The notes beneath the pieces were generated by a model. That model made no database searches and was not told where the DNA came from. It saw only the letters and a program-made list of their open reading frames with translations. 64,000 nucleotides of DNA from Octopus bimaculoides (Eukaryota), in NCBI RefSeq assembly GCF_001194135.2, contig NC_068981.1, positions 31,135,439-31,199,438 of the forward strand, read 5' to 3'. Position 1 is the stretch's first letter, and every line of letters starts with the position of its first letter. A program made the translations under genes and the position numbers. Below, piece by piece: positions 12,856 to 27,023 of this stretch.

Positions 12856-13770
12856 ATCAGTGAGTGTACTTGAATGTGAATGTATGTGTATGTTAGTGTG
12901 TATGAAGATCGAGTTGGGTGTTCGAGTGTTTATGCGTTTGTGCGTCAGTACAACGACATATCTACCCGAATTGATATTCACTCCGATATCAGCAGGCGTG
13001 AAACCATGTGTTGAAAATGGATTGAATGGTGTTTAATCTAATGATATAATACACCACAGCCTCTCTCTTCACTCACTCTTACTGATCTCCTCCATACGTT
13101 CTTTCACTCTCTCTTTCTCCCCCCTCTCTCTCTATGCCTGTTTCCAAATCTCTGGAATGTGGTAACTTATGCAGTAGCGTGTGGTTGTAGGAGTGACTGG
13201 TTACAATACTATATTTTGTTTATTTTATTTTACATAGTGTGGAAGGGACTTGGTCATATTGGTTTGCGGCATTAATCAGTTACTTGTCTTTACGTTCTAG
13301 GATCTAATCTCATCAAGGTCAGCTGAGCCTTCCAGCTCCCGCATCGATAAGATAATGTACCAGTCTAGTACTGGGTTGACGGTATCGATAACCCCTATCC
13401 TTATGGATATTTCTTCTGTACCATTACATTCTAAGTTCAAATATCGTCCAGGCCGACTTTGCCTTTCATCCCCCCGGGGTCGATAAAATAAACTACCAAT
13501 CAAGCACTGAAGTCTACGCGCTGAGGTCGACTTTTCCCTTCCCGTCAAAATTTCTAACCCGCTGCCAAAATGTTAAACCATTAGCAGAGTCTTTAGAGAG
13601 TCGTTTAGTATAACTTGTGACATAAATTACAGCTCTGTATGTTCGGAGTTGAAATCCCAACGAGATCAATTTTCATTTTCATCCTGCTGAGGTCGATAAA
13701 ATAAAGAGCCAGTCAATTTCTCGTTTCGATAACATCAACTAACTCTTCATTAATATTTCCGATCTTGTAC

Positions 13771-13984
13771 GGCGGCGAGCTGGCAGAAACGTTAGCATAC
13801 CGGGCGAAATGCTTAGCAGTATTTCGTCTGTCTTTACGTTCTGAGTTCAAATTCCGGTGAGGTCGACTTTGCCTTACATCCTTTGGGATCGATCAATTAA
13901 GTACCAGTTGCGTACTGAGGTCGATCTAATCGACCAGGCCCCTCACCCAACATTTCGTGCCTTGAGGAGAGTAGAAAAGAAAAG
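13771..13984 (+). mobile_element. SINE family A, full-length with 19-bp TSD
   Basis: Complete head to tail. TSD aatatttccgatc(t/c)tgtac at 13752-13770 and 13985-14003. Confidence 0.92.
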
Positions 13985-15692
13985 AATATTTCCGATCCTG
14001 TACCTGTGGTAGGAAAAAATTATTACCGTACTAGTAAAGTTACTTTTAGCAGAAGCGATCGAACATATGACCAATACCTTGTGGTATTTATCACAGTTTG
14101 GTTTATTATGTTCTCAGCTCGTATCATACAGCAGCCAATTTTTTTTCCACCGCTATGGGATGGATGAAGTAAATAGCAGTAATATGCTGAAGGTTTATTC
14201 GATTGGCTATAATCCTCTCTCACAAACTTGTAGCATTGTTGCTGAAGTGTGAAATCGTTCAGATCATCCCTGACTGAGCAAAGATGTTATTCCAAGAAGA
14301 ATGCACTTAAGATTGCACTATCTACATGTGATTCTTTTTCTTTCTTTTAAAATAGCCAGATGCGATTTGAGAGAAATTTGGTTGTTGTTTCTAACACTTT
14401 GAGTGACCGCAAAGAGGCCTCTTTCTTTTTCTCGACGACATTAAATGATTGCTATCGAAAGGGATGCAGCTTTAGAAATATTTGAAATGGTGTGCTAAAT
14501 AGATTGGTAATCATTGCCAAAGAGAGTGTGCAATGCTAAAACTAGTCGTGCTGTTGTAATGAGGAAAATGGCAGGTTAAATACTTCCGGAATTATTGTTA
14601 TAGGGTGTGGTTCTGTTGTAAAAATAGAATGTCAGATTAAATAATTTGCAATACTTAAACACGTCCCATTACATTTTTCGTTTAATCCATGCGGGAATCA
14701 ACTTTGAGTATCATCTCTTCTCGTACAATGAAATTAGCACCATTAACAGAAAGGAACCCTGGAAATCAATTATAATCACACTCCAAAATGTTGGCCATGG
14801 ACACAAGCTTACAAAACTCTTATTGTTTCCTGACAATGGGTAAACGTACCAATTAAGTTTGGAGATATTCCTTAAGAAAAGAAAACAATGCATCTATTGC
14901 TCAGCTTGAACATGAAAATCTGTCTTAAAAGGAAAATCGAAAGTGAAGAATTCTTTGTAGATGTTCGCAGTTCTGATAAGGAATGGAGGAAATGTAATCA
15001 AGTTTTGGTGAAGGATTGAGATAAAGCAATGTTAACTGATGAAGAAATAAACCGATGATGGGATGATAACAAATATGAACATCTGAACACAAGTCATAGA
15101 GGAAGCCGAGCCCTTATGTAGTCAGTTAGCTTCCTAGAAATAACAACTAAACCTCCTTCAAAATCTAATGCTACCATAAAGAAAACAAGTAGTCTCTTTG
15201 TGTAATAACATCCTGCAACGAAGATTACTTAATCGTAGTTAAAACGCCTTAGATAATAGATTTTATCAATTAGGGCTCTTGTGAGAATAAACCATACCAG
15301 CTTACAGGATGCTATGTCACCTATCCGTTTTTCTAATTTTAATGAGAAGCCACATCACTATTACCATTGATTGAATAAATAAAAGGACATGAAGTAAATT
15401 ACTTGCAGTTGTCTTAATCCCTTAGTTTCGCTTTCCCCCTTTGCATCATGCATAAAACTGTCACGAAACATATTTAAGTGAGAAAGAATTTAGTTCATAA
15501 TAGATATCTTGGAGAACAGGCCTGTTCTTACTTCCGCATGAAAAGATACTAACGAATTCGTTTGTGTTCAATGTCTGATCAATTGATTTGATTTCACAGC
15601 ATTTAGCAGAATTTAAAACTTTATAATTATATAAATTACTAATTGACTGTTATTATAACGGTGCATGTGCTGAAAAAAAAAACATACGCATT

Positions 15693-15725
<33 letters not shown>

Positions 15726-15786
15726 TTACCATTCACGCGCACAAATGTGTATGTATGTTTAAATGAAATCCATATATGTACATATA

Positions 15787-15837
<51 letters not shown>

Positions 15838-15910
15838 ATACACATTACTAATTGGTTGTTATTGTAATTGCGTACGATCTCTCTTTCTCACTCTCTCTCG
15901 TTCTCCCTAC

Positions 15911-15948
<38 letters not shown>

Positions 15949-15964
15949 ATTTGTGTGTGTGTGT

Positions 15965-16049
<85 letters not shown>

Positions 16050-17081
16050 CAGAGAAGCAGGGAGGGGAAAGAGAGATAAAAGTGTGTGTAGAGAATGTAT
16101 GCAATACAAAATATCGGTATTCGATGAAAAATATTTTTTCTTTGTACAAATATTAGCTTATTAGTTCCTGATACTTTTCCCACACACCTTAAGCATTTAT
16201 TACTAAGTTATGCTCAAGGCAAAGTATCCTAGGTGACGGAAGAGTCGATTTTTATGAACCAGTACTTCACACTTATTTTCATATATCGACAGACAGACAA
16301 GCAATTAGCGGCAGTAATGGGAACATCGGTTGAATTTGAACCCAGAAATCAAATGAAAGTAAATAAATATCTGAAATCTCTTAATACCCGATAGGGAAAA
16401 TATAAATTGCTTGCATTGTGTATTTATACAATAGATACTAGATTTTATTCTAACTAAAATGTTTAATTCCTTGCCAAGCATATTCTGCACATCTATAAAT
16501 GTATCAACAAGCATATAGACTTACATACATGTCTATGTATAAGAGTGTGTGTGCGCGCGCGTGTGCACGCGTGTGTGTATGTGTGTGAAAGAGAGAGAGA
16601 GAGAGGTGGAGTGGGAGCGAGAGAGAGAGAGAGAGAGAGTTTATATAAGCGCAGGTATTAGAGTATAGTTAAGAATTTCGTTTTCTTAACCATGCAGTTC
16701 TACATTCATTTCAACAGCACACGATATGATTTCTTTTTTTTTTTACCATTACTACGGAATAGCCAATAACGGTCATACATACATACATACATACTTGCAT
16801 ACATACATGCATACATACATGCATACATGCATACATGTATACATACATACATACATGCGTGCATGCATACACGCACACAAATGTGATATTGAAAATATGA
16901 CTGTGTTCGACATGTGGCATTTTTATTGAAATTTAAAAATTTCCTTATTAGCCATTTATGCTTAATTTGATATGTACACATATGTGTATATGTTTACACA
17001 CACACACACACACATACACGCGCGCGCACACGCACACACACATACACACACACACATGCTGGTAGGTAGCAAGATAGATAA

Positions 17082-17130
<49 letters not shown>

Positions 17131-17837
17131 CAGACAGACATACAAGGTAAGTACGGTATTAAATAAATAAGCAAATAAATATATTAATTAATTAAAACAC
17201 ACGGAAATAGCTTGTATCTTTTATTCTCATCAGACAAAAATTCTTGACATGATATTTTCCTCGTGGGTCAAAATCAGCCGTTGGCATTTAATATATGTTC
17301 ATTGACACAGAGAGACAGATTAGTACCCCGTCCATACACTCAGGCTAGTTTTGTCTAATTGCATGGCTTCATCTGATTAATGATCGGAGATGCTTCTGGC
17401 CACAAATGTCTTGCAGAAGGCAATGTGTTTGTCACATGACTAGTCAAGTAAATGAATTGCTGTTAGTACATCTCCTTCGTGAGTTGAATCCATCAGCACT
17501 GATATTGTCAACTCCATCACCCCTCAGGCTTATTATTATTATTATTGTTGTTGTTCTTGTTGCTGCTGCTGCTTTTGTAACTGTCAGTAGTAGTAGAAAT
17601 AGTAGTAGTAGCAGCAGCAGCAGTAATGGTAGTAGTTGTTGTAATTGTAAAGTTTCTCGAAAAAATGCATTATCGTATTTGTTCCGGCTCTTCAAATTCT
17701 GAGTTCAAATCCGAGCGAGATCAACTGTTCTTTTTATCACTCCCGAGGTTGATAGAATGGCATATAGTGATGTACTGGAGTTGATACAATCGATTAACGG
17801 CATCATTTCAAATTTCAAGTCTTATACCTATCTTAGA

Positions 17838-17869
<32 letters not shown>

Positions 17870-17871
<2 letters not shown>

Positions 17872-18085
17872 GTTTCAAATTTTGGCACAAGGCCAACAGT
17901 TTCGAGAGAGAGGCTAATCGATTGCATCAACCCCTGTATTCAGCTGATGCTTATCTTATCGACCTGGAAATGATGAAAGGCAAAGTTGGTCTCGGTGGGA
18001 TTTGAACCTAGAACATACAGACGGACTAAATACTACTTAAGCATTTGCCTAGCATGGTAACGATTCTGCCAACGTGCCGACTTAC
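17870..18085 (-). mobile_element. SINE family A, older copy with tail abutting (TAA)n
   Basis: ggtttcaaattttggcacaaggcc ... gatgaaaggcaaagt ... ggtaacgattctgccaac. Confidence 0.8.
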
Positions 18086-18469
18086 AATTCATAATCATAA
18101 TGATTTCAAAGTTACGCACTGTTTATCTTGATATGAGATCACCATGTCACGCACATACGGTTGTGATTCATGTGCCTGGTTTACCCTTATCAGCCGGGTT
18201 AGTCACGGTGGATATTCTGGGCGTCGTATATTTTACCCCAGTGTCACTTTGATCGCATGTGCTGCTCTCTCGCTCTATAATGATTATAATAATAATTGTC
18301 ATTTCACTACTACTACTACTACTACTACTACTAAATATCTTGATAGAAATCGCTGTGAATCGATCTTCTTGTTTCAATGACAGGTAGGATGACAAACACA
18401 CTTTAAACTTTATATTAATTTCAGAAGCTCTGTACCAAGCGTTATCAAGTTTTGCCGGTGTAGTGAATT

Positions 18470-19180
18470 AGAAAAGTTTGAATTCAGTGGAGTATATCAT
18501 GTTGAATGTGAGAGACATGAAGTGCGTCACAATGAGGAATGTAGACCTGGAATCGCATAGAGTTGTGATATTATAGCTGAAAGGAATAATGTTGCAATGA
18601 GTATGGTAGACACCAGGTTGGCGTTGCTTGAGTGACAAAGAACTAATGACCAGGAGGTCACGTGAATTTCGGCCGCGTATGATGAAGGTGCGTGGAGATT
18701 TTGGAAAGACCAAAGTGGCAAAGTCGCACTGCAGAGTATGGGATAGTAGCGGATCTTCAGTGGTAAAAGAAAGTCAGTTACAAGAAGTGCGGTTCAGGGA
18801 CAAATGAGTGTATGTGCATCGGTTTGGGCTCAGTGATTAGTTACGTTATGGATAGTTTGAAAATGACCTTGTGCTATGAGGTGAAGTATTTCCTGTAACT
18901 TAGATTCAGAGTCAGTGCTTTGCAATGAATGGCATCGTAGACGGTAAAATTTCAAGAACAAAAATATTGTTTGATCTGATCTGGGTAGGAATAGGTAAGA
19001 TCGAGATAGGAGTGCGAAGACGTAGAGTTTATCAACGGAAACGGAGGCACCAAAAATTGATGACTGTGCCAGAGATATCGGAATTAACTTCCAAGGCGGT
19101 TTAAGAAGGATCAACGGAGATGATCCTTTCACGAGTGAATAGGATGGTGCCTATACAGTTTTCGATATGAAGATCGTGAG
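18470..19180 (-). mobile_element. Heavily degraded apurinic-type endonuclease region of an L2/CR1-group LINE
   Basis: Frameshifted pieces resemble APE motifs: KLYVFALLSRS...SDQTIFLFL (YRSP region), VTGNTSPH (GDFN.H), HNVTN, PRTFIIRGRNSRDLLVISS (PT...LDL), YHTHCNII (SDH). The similarity was judged by eye only. Confidence 0.45.
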
Positions 19181-20053
19181 CTTTAAGTTGGCCAGCAGTT
19201 TGGCGCATTTAGGGCTTACACAGCCACACAAATGCATCCATCACTCACACACACACACACACATAAATACATACGCACTCTTGCACACACATTACAGACG
19301 TGCATGCTTATATGTTGGCTCTGATGTTGCTTCGTATTGTATTTTGCCCTATATTTTAGCCCATTTTACCCTTGAAAATCCTATGTTCACTATGGAATGT
19401 GTTAATTTGTGATCGAAAACTTTGACGCAAAACTACTAATTGTTTACCCAGTTTTTACTGCTTCTAAATGGTAGTAATAATAGTAGGAACAATAATAGAT
19501 ATTTTTTTTATTGTTTTTGCTGTTGTTATTCTTTCAGGTTACGGTTACGAGGAATTTGTTTCTTTTACCCCGTTAATGGCCTTGAGAAAGACACGTACCA
19601 CATATCAACGGTCTATTTTCCTTGAGTGCGCGCGCATACAGACACACACAAACACGCACACACACACACACACACACACGCACGCACACGCACACGCACA
19701 CGCACGCATATACACACATCTTCATGTATGATTTTGTGCAATAATAAGAAATGATTACGAGATTGGTTCATCAAATACCAGCTTGATAAACAATGCAGAC
19801 TTTCATCCTTAGATGATTAGCGCTTTTGTCTCCTACGTGACAACGATTGGGCTTCATGACACATATTCTTCTCCCAAAGGCATTTTTATCTCAACTAAAA
19901 TTATTCTTAATACGAATAACATTTCTTCATTGTTGGCTTACGGAGAATATGTCATTTTACCGAAAGATTCCTATTAATTTCATTAATCTAATATATTTTC
20001 TAAATTCTAATTCTAATTCTTTAATGAATATGATCTATATGATCTAGGCATTA

Positions 20054-20129
20054 ATCTACTCACCATACATTGATCTACTCACCATTTATTCATCTACTCA
20101 TCATACATTGATCTATTAACCATTTTAGT
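20054..20129. repeat. 19-bp minisatellite, four units arranged A-B-A'-B'
   Basis: atctactcaccatacattg / atctactcaccatttattc / atctactcatcatacattg / atctattaaccattttagt. Confidence 0.85.
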
Positions 20130-20616
20130 TATTTTGAAGCCTTTCTCTAGAGTAAAAAACAAAAAGGAGAACTTCGTCGGTTACGACGACGCGGGTCCCA
20201 CCTGATACGATCAACGGAACAGCTTGCTCGTGAAAATTCCCTGGAGTATATTTATTTTGTTACGCGAATGCGGTATGTTATGCCAAATAAGATAAAAATT
20301 GTCACCAAGAGTTCATTTTGTTGTACGTCTTACCAGTATAATTTCTTAAACTAACGATATGATTCCAATAGATAAGTGACACATTCAGGGTGTATGAATT
20401 ATCCACATTTTCTTTTACCATTTTCTGGTTAATTAATTCTGGATTTGAATAAAAACTGAAGAGTTTTAATTAATAAAATTATTGCAATTCCACACACTCA
20501 CATACACACATACACACACACACAAACGCACGCACACATACACAAACACACACACACACTCAAACACGCACACATACACATATGGAGAACACATAAATAC
20601 TTCATTTAGGCATAAC

Positions 20617-20722
20617 GACGTGGAGGCACAATGGCCCAGTGTTTAGGGCAGCGGACTCTCAGTCGGAGGACGCCGTTTCGATTCCCAGACAGGGCGTTGT
20701 GTGTGTTTATTGAGGGTCAAAC
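20617..20722 (+). mobile_element. SINE family C 5' (tRNA head) fragment
   Basis: gacgtggaggcacaatggcccagtg...gtttcgattcccagacagggcgttgtgtgtgtttattgag matches the head of the 10434-10815 copy. Confidence 0.85.
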
Positions 20723-22847
20723 AATTTCGTGCCTTCAACGATAGTATTACTGCCCTCATATTTTGAGTACAATTTTTCCTGTTTGCGTCAACATATATCA
20801 ACAAATATCTCCCTCACTCTTTCACTCTGTCTGTGTGTCTGTCTGTCTGTCTCTCTCTCTCCCTCACTCCCCTTCTCCCTCTATACTGTGAAATATAAAA
20901 AGAACATTTTTTAGTTTATCGTATTTCGATACAAAAAAATCCAGAACCTTCCGTCTCAATAAACTATTATTGCACCTGAATGTTGTTCTTTATATTTACT
21001 ATGGATTGCTTGAATCTAATATGGATCTATATTATTTTTGTTTAGGGGTAATGGGTATGTGTATATACGCATACGTGTGTGTGTGTGATTGTGCATGCGT
21101 GTTTAATCATGTATGTGTATATATACGTATATAAGTGTATGCATGAATATGTGCGTACGCGCCGATATATGTATACGTATGTGCATATACGTGTATCTCT
21201 GTGGATATATATGTGCGTACGGATACGTTTATGATGCGTGTATGTATACACACACACTTATATACATATACTTGCACATATATAATTTTTTATAATTTTA
21301 CTCATAGTTTATAAATGAATATTTCATTCTCTTGTTAACTATAAATTTACCTTATTTGTATTCAACTTTTCTCTATCGTCTCTATTTACATTATTCATCT
21401 CTAATCAACCTGTAAACCGCTCGCCTAAGCATATAAGAATACAAATCATAAACCATAGCATTCAGTCTGCTTAAATGAATTCACAATCACACATATAGCA
21501 TCCACAGGCACATCGTTTTGCCTCTGTTGATATTATGCTAATGTCGCATAAATGTAAATTCAACGTCTATTGAATTTTAATCGAAACAGCTGTAAGTGAA
21601 GATGACCAATTTGCTGTTAATAATAAGCAATTATGAAATCTCAATCGTCATTTTCTTCTTCTACATGAATATAAACTATATGTTTTTATATATACCTATT
21701 ATTTTAAGGAAATTCATGCCCCCAAAATACTAGGTATTGAACCAGTATTACCTTGGATGTAACCTTACTTCCATGCGGTTAACACATCTGCTAATTAAAT
21801 TCATACATACATACATACATAAGTACATATTCTTATTAGCTTTCTATAGTTGAAATCCTAAATCCATATTCAATGTTTGTAGACCTTCACAAATCAAGAA
21901 TTGATTTGAATATATTCGTACATACTGACTGAATGCGAATAAACTCTATATTTCGCGTGCTTAACTGTTGCATCATGTGATCTTACGTTATTGAATATGG
22001 GGAACACTTAAATGAATATAACAAGATATTCATAAAAGATCAAAATGTCTCTGAGGCAGAATTATATTGTTCCTTATAGTCTTAAAATAGACTCCTCCTC
22101 CTCCTCTACCTTATCCTCCTCTCCCTTCTCCTCCTCCTTCACGACCACATGACCTACCCGCCACCCTGCTGCCCTCCATCTTGTTTAAACAGTCTGCCAG
22201 ACTCGAATGAGAAGTTGTATAATATTCTACGTGTATTATTTTTAATTTTTCAAAGTTTCCATATGCCTTTTGTTAATCTAATTGCGTGTGCATGTCTTCT
22301 TAGTACATAATTATACAAAATCCGAAAGTTTCCTTTAATACCTGTACTAAACCAAAATAAAACAAACCAATATATCACAAAAACTGGTTTTGGATATGAG
22401 TTTACTAAAATGATTAATTTAAATGATTAATTACAAGTTTACAAAAATGTAATTATGTTTCTTGCGTTTTAGCGATTATTAATGTTATTTATCATATAAT
22501 AACACCTGTTTAGTTTATAAATGTTTATTTTGATACCATTAGCTTTTAGATCAACGAATGCGGTGTGGATTATTTATTAATAATTCTTTCCGTTTATTTG
22601 CATTTATTATTTATATTATTATGTATTATTGTCTTATTGTTCTATTATGCGATTGGTTTTATTGTATGCGTTCATGTCTGTATTGATCGTTTGTGATTCA
22701 TTAGTTTACAAAGGGATGTTTCAGTCGTGGATATTCAAAACTTGGTTGGGGCTGTTGAAAGTAATGGTGGTATAAATACATACATACATATACACACACA
22801 TACGCACGCACAGATGCGCGTGCACACGCACACACACACACACACAC

Positions 22848-22888
<41 letters not shown>

Positions 22889-23033
22889 TAGAAATACTTC
22901 TGTATGTGTTCGTATGTAGGTATGTATGTATATATATATATGAAGACATATATATATATATAGAGAGACATGTAGATACTTACATGTATATGCTTGTCCA
23001 TGTACGCGTATGCAGGTAGACATACATACATGC

Positions 23034-23068
<35 letters not shown>

Positions 23069-23106
23069 CGTGTGTGTGCATACGAACTCTTATATATGCA
23101 TATGTG

Positions 23107-23139
<33 letters not shown>

Positions 23140-24639
23140 GTGTGCGTGTGTGTGCGTGTGTGTGTGTATAGACACATACAGATATACATATATGCATATA
23201 TATACATGTAAGTATGCATGCATGCATATGTTTGTGGATTAACAATGCTACCAACTGTTTCATGTAGAAGTAATTTCCACAATTTCAACCGATCCTTTCC
23301 AAATTTTGGAAATCGTCTCGATTTTGGATGCACTACAAGGTGTGACACTATACGTGACTTCAAAATCAATAATTACGCATAGCGAGTCAGTCGACGTTTT
23401 AGAGACTCATTTAATTGTTATTTCGTATGCATTTGCACTGGATTTTCTGCCTATGTGAGAAAGTCAGCGCATACCCATATTTATATAAATGTATGTATAT
23501 TTATTCTAATCTATCCATCATGCGACACACACCTGCGTTTTGTGGATGTATGTGTATATGTTTCGTATCATTTATGGGGTTTCACAGGTTCTGAACGTAA
23601 ATTAGTCCATGAATTTGTAAGTTCATAAAAAATGTATTCTTAAGTTATTAAAAATGTACTTTGTAAATCGTTTGACATCTTGAATATGCGTTATATGTAA
23701 GTTATACATATCTGTGCTGCCTGAGTTACTGGTAATGTATGGAGTATTAAGAAATATAAAAACAATTTCACACAAGACTGATAAATCCCACGAAAAGTAA
23801 TATAGACATTATTAGCAATTGTATACTAGATTATATCATGCGACACCTCAGAGTCACTTCAAATATCACCCCATGGAGATGTTATGGTTTAACAATATTA
23901 AAGATAATCCCAGTCGTAAATTCATCCAGTTCAACTTTGTGGAGTTTTAACACTTGATCTTCAAAAATCTCTTCCAAAAGCAGTTGGGTTCAATAGAGCT
24001 CATACAACTGTTACTAACACCGATATAGCCATGATAATAAACGCAAGATCATTACTTATCACGATACTGTCTCTCGCGAAAGAAGGTTTTTTGTGTGAAA
24101 TAAATACATAATTAAGGCGGTAAAATGACAGAATCGTTAAGCGTCGGATCTCACAATACTTCTTCTGACATTTTTCTTCTGACTTTTCCTCCCTGTGTTC
24201 AAATCCTTGCAATATTAGCTCTGCATTTAACCCTTTCGAGTTCTACAGAAAAAAAAAAAAAATACCGATCCAGTGCATGGGATTAGTGGAAATATAAGAA
24301 CATCGAAGTAGCAATTTTTCGGTATTTTGGATTCTAAGTTTAAATTTCCACCAAAGCATTCTTCGGTGGCAGATTTAACGTACCATTCGATTTAACATAA
24401 TCTCCTGGTTCTGCGATTACCATTAGTATTCGTGCTACTTCTCCAATCTGAGGATAATTTCTGTGCAGGAGAGTGGTCATTGTCATTCAAAGGCATGAAG
24501 CAAGCTACTTCAGAAGAACAGATGTAGCGCTTGCAGAGATAGAAACGGCAGGATTAGAAACCATGCATCTGTCAGACAATGATAGATGCTTGAATATAGT
24601 TCTTTTGCATGTGTGTTCGTGCAAGTGCGCGTGTGTATT

Positions 24640-24830
24640 TTTACTAACTTAAGACCTTTACTCCTTGTAGAACATAGACCATCGACAACTTTTCTTTACT
24701 CTTCTCAAGTTGGGCATTTCCTCACTCAGATTTTGAATTGTTATTGATGCTTCTGTATCTTGCACTACTCTAAGTAATGATGTTAGCCCTTCACAAAACT
24801 ACCTCTACATCTAGGGAGAAATGGTTCATA
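24640..24830 (-). mobile_element. Degraded 3' end of an RTE-clade LINE ORF
   Basis: The minus strand ends ...RRVKKVVDGLCSTRSKGLK, resembling the RTE C-terminal W.....V.GLCS motif. Confidence 0.5.
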
Positions 24831-26876
24831 TTCGATCGACCTGTACCTTTTGATGTGTCCAACATAGAAGGCCCTAGCAGGAGCTTGCGCTCTGGTGACA
24901 TAGATTTAAAGGGCCCTGATGCATAAAAACCGCAAAATGCTGCAAGGACTGGGAGGCACAAAAAGCCGCAAAATGCTACAGGGACTGGACCTTACATATA
25001 TATCTGTATGCATGTATGTATGTATATATGTAGGTAGGTAGGTAGGTAGGTAGGTAGGTAGGTAGGTAAGTAGGTAGGAAGAAAGGAAGAGAGAGAGAGA
25101 GAGGTAGGTAGGTAGGTAGATAGGTAGGTAAGTGTATGTATGCTTGTGTGCGCATGCGTTTGACAGCATCATGGCCCCGATATAAGACAAGTACTCCAAT
25201 ATTCGTCTTATTTCAAGAATTTTAAAAAGTGAGAACAACTGTTGAAGGTTGAATTATTTCCTGGCATTTAGAGGAATAATAGTCATTGTGATTACAGTTT
25301 AGGCGAGGTGCTCACCTACATAACATGAATGTAGTTCATTCTAAGAATAGTCTTAATTTTTCAGTATGTTTAATATATCTATATATATAGCCACATAATA
25401 TAGGCAACACCTATAATTATGTAGGCATATATTTTTGCGAATTCGTTTGTGTCTATAGGCGTACGTATCAATTTATGCTAATTGTCAGTAAGTACTGACA
25501 GAATGATAGTCGACACACGCGCGCACGCACACAGACGCGCGCAAGCGGCTATTTTCTTCGTGGTTTTATTCTTTGAACTGCGACCTTGATGGGGTGCCGC
25601 CTTCAAGTGTCTAAGATGCTTATGCATGGATGCATGAATATATGTATGTATGTATGTATGCATGTATATATGTATGTATTCTGTATGTATGTATGTATCT
25701 ACCTACCTATCTATCTATCTATCTATCGATCGATCGATCTGTCTATCTCTCTATCTATATATCTATCTATCTGTCTGTCTGATGTCTGTCTATTTGTCTA
25801 TCTTTCATATATACATAATTACATATGTAATTAAACAACGTATATACGCACATGTACCTGGAGAAACACTCTCACACACGACACAAACACAAATACATAT
25901 ATATTGACACCATATATATATATATATATATATATANNNNNNNNNNNNNNNNNNNNNNNNNNNNNNNNNNNNNNNNNNNNNNNNNNNNNNNNNNNNNNNN
26001 NNNNNNNNNNNNNNNNNNNNNNNNNNNNNNNNNNNNNNNNNNNNNNNNNNNNNNNNNNNNNNNNNNNNNNNNNNNNNNNNNNNNNNNNNNNNNNNNNNNN
26101 NNNNNNNNNNNNNNNNNNNNNNNNNNNNNNNNNNNNNNNNNNNNNNNNNNNNNNNNNNNNNNNNNNNNNNNNNNNNNNNNNNNNNNNNNNNNNNNNNNNN
26201 NNNNNNNNNNNNNNNNNNNNNNNNNNNNNNNNNNNNNNNNNNNNNNNNNNNNNNNNNNNNNNNNNNNNNNNNNNNNNNNNNNNNNNNNNNNNNNNNNNNN
26301 NNNNNNNNNNNNNNNNNNNNNNNNNNNNNNNNNNNNNNNNNNNNNNNNNNNNNNNNNNNNNNNNNNNNNNNNNNNNNNNNNNNNNNNNNNNNNNNNNNNN
26401 NNNNNNNNNNNNNNNNNNNNNNNNNNNNNNNNNNNNNNNNNNNNNNNNNNNNNNNNNNNNNNNNNNNNNNNNNNNNNNNNNNNNNNNNNNNNNNNNNNNN
26501 NNNNNNNNNNNNNNNNNNNNNNNNNNNNNNNNNNNNNNNNNNNNNNNNNNNNNNNNNNNNNNNNNNNNNNNNNNNNNNNNNNNNNNNNNNNNNNNNNNNN
26601 NNNNNNNNNNNNNNNNNNNNNNNNNNNNNNNNNNNNNNNNNNNNNNNNNNNNNNNNNNNNNNNNNNNNNNNNNNNNNNNNNNNNNNNNNNNNNNNNNNNN
26701 NNNNNNNNNNNNNNNNNNNNNNNNNNNNNNNNNNNNNNNNNNNNNNNNNNNNNNNNNNNNNNNNNNNNNNNNNNNNNNNNNNNNNNNNNNNNNNNNNNNN
26801 NNNATAACAAAAAAACAACAAAGTGAGGACGTGATACGGATAGTGTTATTGGACGCTCGGGAAAGGAAGGAGAGAG

Positions 26877-26915
26877 AGCATGACGTTTCGGGCGGAGCCC
26901 TTCGTCAGAAAGACA
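26877..26915 (-). ncRNA. Minimal type I hammerhead ribozyme motif in a Penelope-like element remnant
   Basis: Minus strand: ...CUUU CUGACGA A GGGC-UCC-GCCC GAAA CGUC AUG. The core is intact, stem II has 4 bp and stem III is the palindrome ACGU. Stem I is weak. Confidence 0.7.
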
Positions 26916-26986
26916 GAAAGTTCGGAGAATGGAAAAACGGAGGATGACGAAAATGGCACCGATGCCCACGAGGTTACATTGTGAAA

Positions 26987-27023
<37 letters not shown>

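Noticed and set aside
20054-20129. Regularly spaced repeat considered as a CRISPR array
   Set aside because: The units are directly adjacent with no unique spacers, and the context is eukaryotic.
20617-20690. tRNA-like sequences at SINE heads
   Set aside because: They have A and B boxes but no complete cloverleaf, and each continues into a SINE body. Not tRNA genes.
21556-21596. Hairpin followed by GAAACAGCUGUA (3' half of a hammerhead)
   Set aside because: There is no CUGANGA box upstream. At most it is a half-motif remnant. The same applies to the reverse-strand GAAACAGCUGUA near 43552-43563.
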